From positions 1-43,613 of the forward strand of contig JAUSKZ010000034.1 of the NCBI GenBank assembly GCA_030646805.1: 43,613 nt of DNA. Direction: 5' to 3'. Below, in pieces: positions 38,155 to 43,613 of the stretch (position 1 is the stretch's first letter; every line of letters starts with the position of its first letter). Both the position numbers and the translations under genes were made by a program. The notes beneath the pieces are model-generated. The model ran no database searches, was not told the origin of the DNA, and saw only the letters and a program-made list of their open reading frames with translations. The stretch is from Candidatus Daviesbacteria bacterium. Its GTDB lineage: Bacteria; Patescibacteriota; Microgenomatia; Daviesbacterales; UBA10151.

Positions 38155-39159
38155 ATGGAAATTTTAATTCTTTTTAATATTGCTAAAGAGCTCAAAAAAG
38201 GCAAGCCATCTGATTTGGACTGTGAACAAGAGATAGGTATAATTGTTCCCCTTGTAAGTGAAATACTCAGGGGTAAAGGTTATCAAGTTAGCACCTTAGA
38301 AACGACCTATGATCTATGGGAGGATTTAAAACTATATAAAAAGAGAACAGACTTAGTATTAAATCTGGCAGAAGGGTTTGGAGGCACCAATGCAAATGAA
38401 CCACTAGTTCCGGCAATGCTAGAAGCTCTAGAGATCCCTTTTACAGGCGCCTCTTCTCGCAACATGCACTTTACTATGGATAAAGAGAAAACAAAATTAG
38501 TTCTCGCAAGTCACGGAGTTCCTGTGGCACCCCATCAGTTAGTTAGAAGTGATAAAGAGGTGATAAGAGATGATCTAAGATTTCCTTTGATTGTTAAGCC
38601 CGTAAGAGAGGAGGCAAGTGTTGGAGTTTATGCAGATAATGTTGTTTCATCTCAGGAGGACTTAGATAGGAAGGTTAGGGAAAGTTTGAGTTTATATAGT
38701 CAACCTGCATTAGTCGAGAAATTTATTACAGGAAGAGAGATCTCTGTAGGTATAGTTGGTAATGTTCCTAGTCTGCATATATTTCCTCCCTTAGAGTTTT
38801 TATTTATAGGTGCAAAATCGCCTCTAGAGAAAATAAGATCTTACGAATATAAGTGGGGAGGTAAAAAAGAACAGATGGTAAAAGCAGAATTACCTGAGAT
38901 ACTTGTTAATCAACTCAAAAGATACACAGAGATAGCATTCAGGGAAACTGATTGTAGAGACTATGCAAGGATGGATTTTAGACTAGATAAGAATGATAAT
39001 CCCTACTTATTAGAAGTGAACTACAATCCGGGAATAGGTCCTAATACTCATGGTTTAAATAATACCTTAACAAGGATGGCTAGTTTTGAAGGTTTTGGGT
39101 TTGAGGATTTTATTGAATCAATAGTCCAATCTGCTGCCAGAAGATATGGCTTACTCTGA
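38155..39159 (+). CDS. D-Ala-D-Ala ligase-like ATP-grasp enzyme (non-housekeeping type)
   Basis: LNLAEG, IPFTGAS, MDKEKTK, PLIVKPVREEASVG, GREISV, YEYKW, YARMDFR, LEVNYNPG. ATG 38155 follows TATAAT at 38142. Confidence 0.88.
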   Translation: MEILILFNIAKELKKGKPSDLDCEQEIGIIVPLVSEILRGKGYQVSTLETTYDLWEDLKLYKKRTDLVLNLAEGFGGTNANEPLVPAMLEALEIPFTGASSRNMHFTMDKEKTKLVLASHGVPVAPHQLVRSDKEVIRDDLRFPLIVKPVREEASVGVYADNVVSSQEDLDRKVRESLSLYSQPALVEKFITGREISVGIVGNVPSLHIFPPLEFLFIGAKSPLEKIRSYEYKWGGKKEQMVKAELPEILVNQLKRYTEIAFRETDCRDYARMDFRLDKNDNPYLLEVNYNPGIGPNTHGLNNTLTRMASFEGFGFEDFIESIVQSAARRYGLL

Positions 39160-40486
39160 AAGATACAAGACGCTTATTGTGGCTAATACTGCTGAAGCTT
39201 TTTCAGGGCCGATAAGCTGTATTGCCAATACCAAACAGCGGGAAGATAGAATCCGAATAGAGAATATTTTATCTCAAAGAGCTATATTCTGGGAGGAAGA
39301 CAATAAAGTAGTCATCACTCCTCAATCAATACCGCAAGGGTTATTTGAGTATAATCGAAGAGTTCTAGGGTTAAAGAACACTCTTAATATCTCTCCTGAA
39401 TATCAAAGTCATAGCTTAAGCCAAAACATCCTCAATGACAAAGTATTGTTAAGAAATCTTAGTGATCTAATCCGTTCAAATCCAGGCATTCGGGTTACAG
39501 CGTATGCTTATACCAGAGAACTGAGAGATTTAATTAACTATTTAAGGAAACAAGAACTTGAATTCATTACTACTGAAGAACCGCAAAGTAATCTAGATTT
39601 AGTTTTGTATTTAGACTCTAAGTCTGGATTTAGATCTGTGCTGACTAATTTAGAAGGGGTAATGTTGCCTGAAGGATCAATATGTCAGGATGAGGAATCA
39701 ACAATTAAAAAAGCTGAGAAGTTTTTAAGAGACGGTAAATCATGCGTAATTAAGGCAAATACGGGAGAATCCGGCTGGGGTTTATTAATACTTAAGAAAG
39801 ACGATCCTTTGGTCGAAAAAGATGTCAAAGGCTTAGCTCGATCAGAGTTTAGGAATGATGGTATTTGGAACAGTAGACCATTCGTAGTGGAAGAATATAT
39901 TGATATTGATACAGCTATAGGTGGTGGCTCACCATCAACAGAACTGTTTATTTCTGATACTAATATAAAATTCGGGTATCATTGCGGTCAACTTTTTGGA
40001 AAAGAAGGCGAATTTAGTGGAATAATTATGGGTAAAGATGTCCTAGACAAATACATTACAAAAGAGATGACGAAGATGTCTCTGCTAATTGCAAAAAAAT
40101 ATCAGCAACTTGGTTATAGAGGATTTTTTGATATTGACTTTGCAGTTTCGAGAAGTGGTTTAATTTATGTACTCGAAACAAATACAAGAAGAACAGGTGG
40201 TACTCATATTTTTGATCTAGCCAAAAGAATTTTACAAGATAAATGGAAAGATTATACGATCTTGTCAAATGATTCATTTCGGTACGGAAAAGAAAAATCT
40301 CAGCCTGAGTTTATACTTCGACACATGGAGCCTTTTCTGTATTCTTTAGATAAAAGAGAAGGGGGCGTCGTCGTTACTCTTGTAGATAATATAGAACCGA
40401 TTATGGGTTATGCTATTCTAGCAAGATCCCAATCTGAGGCCGAAACAATCCAAAATGCTTTATTCGACTCATTTCCCCTCAAATAG
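39146..40486 (+). CDS. PreATP-grasp/PGM1-like ATP-grasp peptide ligase
   Basis: SQRAIFWEEDNKVVITP, LDSKSGFR, VIKANTGESGWG, SPSTE, GYRGFFDIDF, ETNTRRTGGTH; overlaps the upstream gene by 14 nt. Confidence 0.8.
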   Translation: MAYSERYKTLIVANTAEAFSGPISCIANTKQREDRIRIENILSQRAIFWEEDNKVVITPQSIPQGLFEYNRRVLGLKNTLNISPEYQSHSLSQNILNDKVLLRNLSDLIRSNPGIRVTAYAYTRELRDLINYLRKQELEFITTEEPQSNLDLVLYLDSKSGFRSVLTNLEGVMLPEGSICQDEESTIKKAEKFLRDGKSCVIKANTGESGWGLLILKKDDPLVEKDVKGLARSEFRNDGIWNSRPFVVEEYIDIDTAIGGGSPSTELFISDTNIKFGYHCGQLFGKEGEFSGIIMGKDVLDKYITKEMTKMSLLIAKKYQQLGYRGFFDIDFAVSRSGLIYVLETNTRRTGGTHIFDLAKRILQDKWKDYTILSNDSFRYGKEKSQPEFILRHMEPFLYSLDKREGGVVVTLVDNIEPIMGYAILARSQSEAETIQNALFDSFPLK

Positions 40487-40526
40487 TATAATACTTGAGA
40501 TAATTTAAAATTTTGGAATTTTAAAA

Positions 40527-41039
40527 ATGGATAATAAAATTATGTTAGATATAAAACCTTTTCAGGAGACCCTTCATACAGGATATTGTGGTCCTGCCAG
40601 CCTCAAAATAGCCCTTTCTTATTATAATGTTGAAAAAGAGGAGAAAGAGTTAGCTGAGCTTTGCAATGTTTCAAAGGAGTTGGGTACAAATGATAAATCA
40701 TTAAAAAAGGCTGCAGAGGAGTTAGGGTTTAAAGTAGAGATCCAAAACTTTTGCGAATATAGTGACCTTGAAAGATGGCTTAGAAAAGGTGTGCCAGTAA
40801 TAGTTGATTGGTTTACCAGAGGCAGATCAGACTATAGTGATTCTGAGGTGGCTGATGGTCATTACTCGGTTGTTATAGGAATTGATGAAAAAAATATCTA
40901 TTTACAGGATCCTGAAATAGGGAGAACGCGAGCCATAAATAGAAAAGATTTTATGAGAGTCTGGTTCGATTTTGCTGGTGAGTGTATTGAATCCTGGAAT
41001 AAAATGATTATTAGACAGCTGATTGCTATTTATAAGTAA
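40527..41039 (+). CDS. Stand-alone C39-family cysteine peptidase
   Basis: FQE...YCGPASL (Gln, Cys), GHYSVVIG (His), LQDP (Asp). Confidence 0.88.
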   Translation: MDNKIMLDIKPFQETLHTGYCGPASLKIALSYYNVEKEEKELAELCNVSKELGTNDKSLKKAAEELGFKVEIQNFCEYSDLERWLRKGVPVIVDWFTRGRSDYSDSEVADGHYSVVIGIDEKNIYLQDPEIGRTRAINRKDFMRVWFDFAGECIESWNKMIIRQLIAIYK

Positions 41040-41059
41040 GGAGGTTAAGCGCTGTCTTT

Positions 41060-42004
41060 ATGAATGAAAAAGTCACCCCTTATCTAAGGGATCTTGCTTT
41101 AAATAATCCTGCAATACAGCTTCAGTTTCATAGAAGCCCAGAAGAAGACGCGCTAAAAAGGTTTCAACTTGAGGACCCTTTAGAAGAGGATAAAAATGAG
41201 GTTGTAAAAGGATTAGTCCATAAGTATTCAAATAGAGCGTTAATAAAAGTCTCCCTTCGTTGTGCAGCCCATTGTCGATTTTGTACCCGCTACAGACAGA
41301 TAGGTTCAGCAGAGGGCGATTTAGAAGAGACAGATATTGATAATATGGCCACTTATCTTTCAAGTAACCCACAAATAGATGATGTCATCTTGTCAGGCGG
41401 AGATCCTTTGTATGCTCCAAAAACAACAATCAATATTCTTAAAAAGATAAGAGATATAAGTTCAATTAAAGTTTTTAGAGTTGGGACTAGATTACCGGTA
41501 CACAATCCTAGCTCCTTTGAATCCCCGCTTTTAAAAAGGACGGTTAATTTAATCGATGAGATTGGAGAAAAAAAACCTTTCTTTATGCTTATTAATTTTC
41601 AACATCCGAATGAACTTACAGAAGAAACTTTAAAAGTTGTTAGATCTCTTAGACGAAGAAATATAACTTTACTTTCTCAAACGGTATTTCTAAAAGGAGT
41701 AAACAATTCTGTAGATAATTTGATGGAACTTTTCCAAGGACTATATCATAACGGAGTAATCCCTTATTATATTTTCCGATGTGATTATGTAAAAGGAGTT
41801 GAACGTTTTGTATGTGACATCAAAGAGGAGCAAGAAATTATGACGCTATTGAGGAGTAGATTAAGTGGTATCGCCTGTCCAACATATGTGGTAGATGTTC
41901 CAGGACATGGTAAAATTCCCGTACCTTTAAGTTATTGGGATAACGTTGATCTAAGCCATTGCAGAGATTTTAAAGGGCAAGAAATTCCTTTAGATTACAG
42001 TTAG
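41060..42004 (+). CDS. KamA-family radical SAM aminomutase (lysine 2,3-aminomutase-like)
   Basis: GLVHKYSNR, CAAHCRFCTR, ILSGGDPL, HPNEL, QTVFLKGVN, PYYIFRCD, SGIACPTYVVDVPGHGKIP. Confidence 0.93.
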   Translation: MNEKVTPYLRDLALNNPAIQLQFHRSPEEDALKRFQLEDPLEEDKNEVVKGLVHKYSNRALIKVSLRCAAHCRFCTRYRQIGSAEGDLEETDIDNMATYLSSNPQIDDVILSGGDPLYAPKTTINILKKIRDISSIKVFRVGTRLPVHNPSSFESPLLKRTVNLIDEIGEKKPFFMLINFQHPNELTEETLKVVRSLRRRNITLLSQTVFLKGVNNSVDNLMELFQGLYHNGVIPYYIFRCDYVKGVERFVCDIKEEQEIMTLLRSRLSGIACPTYVVDVPGHGKIPVPLSYWDNVDLSHCRDFKGQEIPLDYS

Positions 42005-42129
42005 ACTACAGTTTTTAACAATAGAAAGAATAATCGTTACTCATGGTCTAAACCCTAAAAAATCGCTGTATCATATAGAGGGATTGCCGGATGCTAATGT
42101 TTATAGACAGGTTATAGCTCAGAATAGTA

Positions 42130-42903
42130 TTGGAAGATGATTTTATGAAACTTAGTTTAAAAGGTAATTATGCAGGTAACCCAATAAGGATTAGCATAAG
42201 AAAGTCTCGCAGAAAGACCAATAATGTGGCGTTGTTTATCCATGGCTCTTATGGGCTAAGCGGTGATAAAGGCTCGAAGTCACTAATGTTAGGCAAGCAA
42301 ATCTTGCACGAAGGTTTAGCTCATGTAGCATACTACTCATCATCAAGAGACTGGAATACTTATTTTAAAAAAGAAGACGATGCTTTTTCAAGAGCTTTTT
42401 CTCATAAAACTTTTTATGAAGAATTGGATGACTTATCGGATACTCTGAAATTTTTGATAGCAAATTCTGAATCCTTATTTAGCGCTCAAGAAGACAGATT
42501 CAAAATATATGTAATTGCCAATTCTCTAGGAGGGACTTTGATTAGTATGTTAGCTTCTAAATTTTCACATATTGAAAAAATGGCCCTATGTGGCTCTGGT
42601 TTGGCAGTCCGAGAGGAAGCCCAAAAGAAACCCATCATGTCAACATTTCCTGGCAAAAAAGATATTCTAAAAGAAACGGTCAAATATACTAAAAGTGTTT
42701 TTTTACTACAAGGAAGTAGGGATAGTATTGTTCCGCAAATATTTCAGGATGAGTTATTAGATGGTTTTAAAAACGCAAAAACTAAGAAGAAAGTGGTTGA
42801 AGGTGCTAACCATAATTTCTCGAATATTCACGGTGAAAACAAGGACTTAGCATACAATATCTACTGTAATTCAATACTAGACTATTTAAAGAGTCATGAT
42901 TAA
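42130..42903 (+). CDS. Alpha/beta hydrolase
   Basis: FIHGS, ANSLGG (nucleophile Ser), QGSRDSIV (Asp), GANHNF (His). Confidence 0.85.
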   Translation: MEDDFMKLSLKGNYAGNPIRISIRKSRRKTNNVALFIHGSYGLSGDKGSKSLMLGKQILHEGLAHVAYYSSSRDWNTYFKKEDDAFSRAFSHKTFYEELDDLSDTLKFLIANSESLFSAQEDRFKIYVIANSLGGTLISMLASKFSHIEKMALCGSGLAVREEAQKKPIMSTFPGKKDILKETVKYTKSVFLLQGSRDSIVPQIFQDELLDGFKNAKTKKKVVEGANHNFSNIHGENKDLAYNIYCNSILDYLKSHD

Positions 42904-42964
42904 AGTGCTCAGAATCAGTCTGTACTTTCTCTACTAGATTTCGTTTAACAGGATTAAGAAAAAT

Positions 42965-42994
42965 TTGACAAGAGGGAGGCTAAAATTATATAAT
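42965..42994 (+). promoter_or_regulatory. Consensus sigma70 promoter
   Basis: TTGACA (42965-42970), 18 bp, TATAAT (42989-42994). Confidence 0.75.
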
Positions 42995-43015
42995 ACCCAG
43001 ACAACTATAGGTTAA

Positions 43016-43613
43016 ATGTTGCCAGATATGAATGAAAATCTAAAGCCGACACCTGAATCTGAAATTACCATCCAACAACCAATACGCCTGCCCTCACACC
43101 CTTTAGTTTCCCGGCTTAAAAACGCTGCCAGAACTGCCATATTTGTTTTAGGTAGTGTCGGTGCGGCTGTCCTGGGAGCAAATAGTCTGGATAACTCGGC
43201 TTTGGGTCAGGTTAGAGTTTCTAAAGTTTCGGCCTCAGAGAAGGGGACACCTAAACCACAACTCACTTCTACTCCAACTAGGTCAGAAGAAGTGAGAGTA
43301 GCCGAAGTCCCACCTCAAGAAAAACTTTTTACAGATTCTTTGGGCAGATCAAGAAGGTGGGTAGTAGAGCAGCTTTCTAGTGGTATAGCTCCTAATAATC
43401 CCAGTGCTCAAAGGGCCACTATTAATGATCATATTGACGGAACCCTAACAAACTTTATTCAACCTCAAGAGACTTTATATAGACGTTCAGACAATAGTAT
43501 ACCAGGAACCCTAGCTTTGGCGGGTATGGATGCTAAGGTTGATGACAACCGGGGATATATGCTCATCTATGCAAGCTTGCAAACAGATGGTAATAACTAC
43601 GACCCGCATTTTG
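43016..43613 (+). CDS. 3'-truncated hypothetical membrane-anchored protein (absent from the ORF track)
   Basis: ATG at 43016 or 43028; frame open to the window end (MNENLKPTPESEIT...TAIFVLGSVGAAVLGA...). Confidence 0.75.
   Translation, partial: MLPDMNENLKPTPESEITIQQPIRLPSHPLVSRLKNAARTAIFVLGSVGAAVLGANSLDNSALGQVRVSKVSASEKGTPKPQLTSTPTRSEEVRVAEVPPQEKLFTDSLGRSRRWVVEQLSSGIAPNNPSAQRATINDHIDGTLTNFIQPQETLYRRSDNSIPGTLALAGMDAKVDDNRGYMLIYASLQTDGNNYDPHF

Noticed and set aside
38155..39159. Housekeeping ddl
   Set aside because: Lacks GGxSxE and LHGxxGEDG motifs and is not in a mur/dcw context.
41060..42004. EpmB for EF-P beta-lysylation
   Set aside because: No efp or epmA in the window and the neighbours are ATP-grasp ligases; cannot be fully excluded without the rest of the genome.
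41994..42140. Open frame of ~48 codons between KamA and the hydrolase
   Set aside because: No convincing start codon or recognisable motif.
173..42683. Short ORF-track entries nested in or antisense to long genes (e.g. 5775-6113, 13898-14371, 16746-16928, 18738-19019, 21207-21521, 33791-34048)
   Set aside because: They overlap well-supported genes or repeats and show no motifs; treated as shadow ORFs.
1..43613. tRNA, rRNA, transposase, integrase or prophage genes
   Set aside because: None recognised by eye; a tRNAscan-SE or Rfam scan would be needed to exclude small RNAs.

Overview
Gene-dense 43.6 kb bacterial window, genetic code 11. Its short intergenic spacers, -10 boxes right before start codons, archaeal-type ATP-dependent ligase, GT-C glycosyltransferase cluster and short in-gene repeats suggest a Patescibacteria/CPR genome, probably Microgenomates (inference). 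Layout: (1) 1-5258, a 5'-truncated protein whose C-terminal half resembles fungal AnkA/AvaA-type tRNA-dependent cyclodipeptide synthases, coupled to a DUF917 gene and an M20 peptidase, then trpS; (2) 5.3-23 kb, housekeeping and repair genes (ftsH, a polA lacking the 3'-5' exonuclease domain, trmH, GT4, mutM, MFS, recF, dedA, Fic, lig, Clp-N, pth) plus a naturally circularly permuted DsbA; (3) 23-35 kb, a minus-strand surface glycosylation and surface protein block; (4) 35-43 kb, an apparently AT-richer island with an ABC-F ATPase and a compact peptide-biosynthesis cluster (class III aminotransferase, Ddl-like ligase, PGM1-like ATP-grasp ligase, C39 peptidase, KamA aminomutase, alpha/beta hydrolase). 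Non-coding oddities include a triple tandem hairpin with compensatory changes (16720-16843), a 27-bp duplication at a convergent stop junction, and palindromic or 7-nt repeat insertions inside conserved genes. No rRNA, tRNA, CRISPR array or transposase was recognised. All family calls come from motif recognition by eye; no searches were run.
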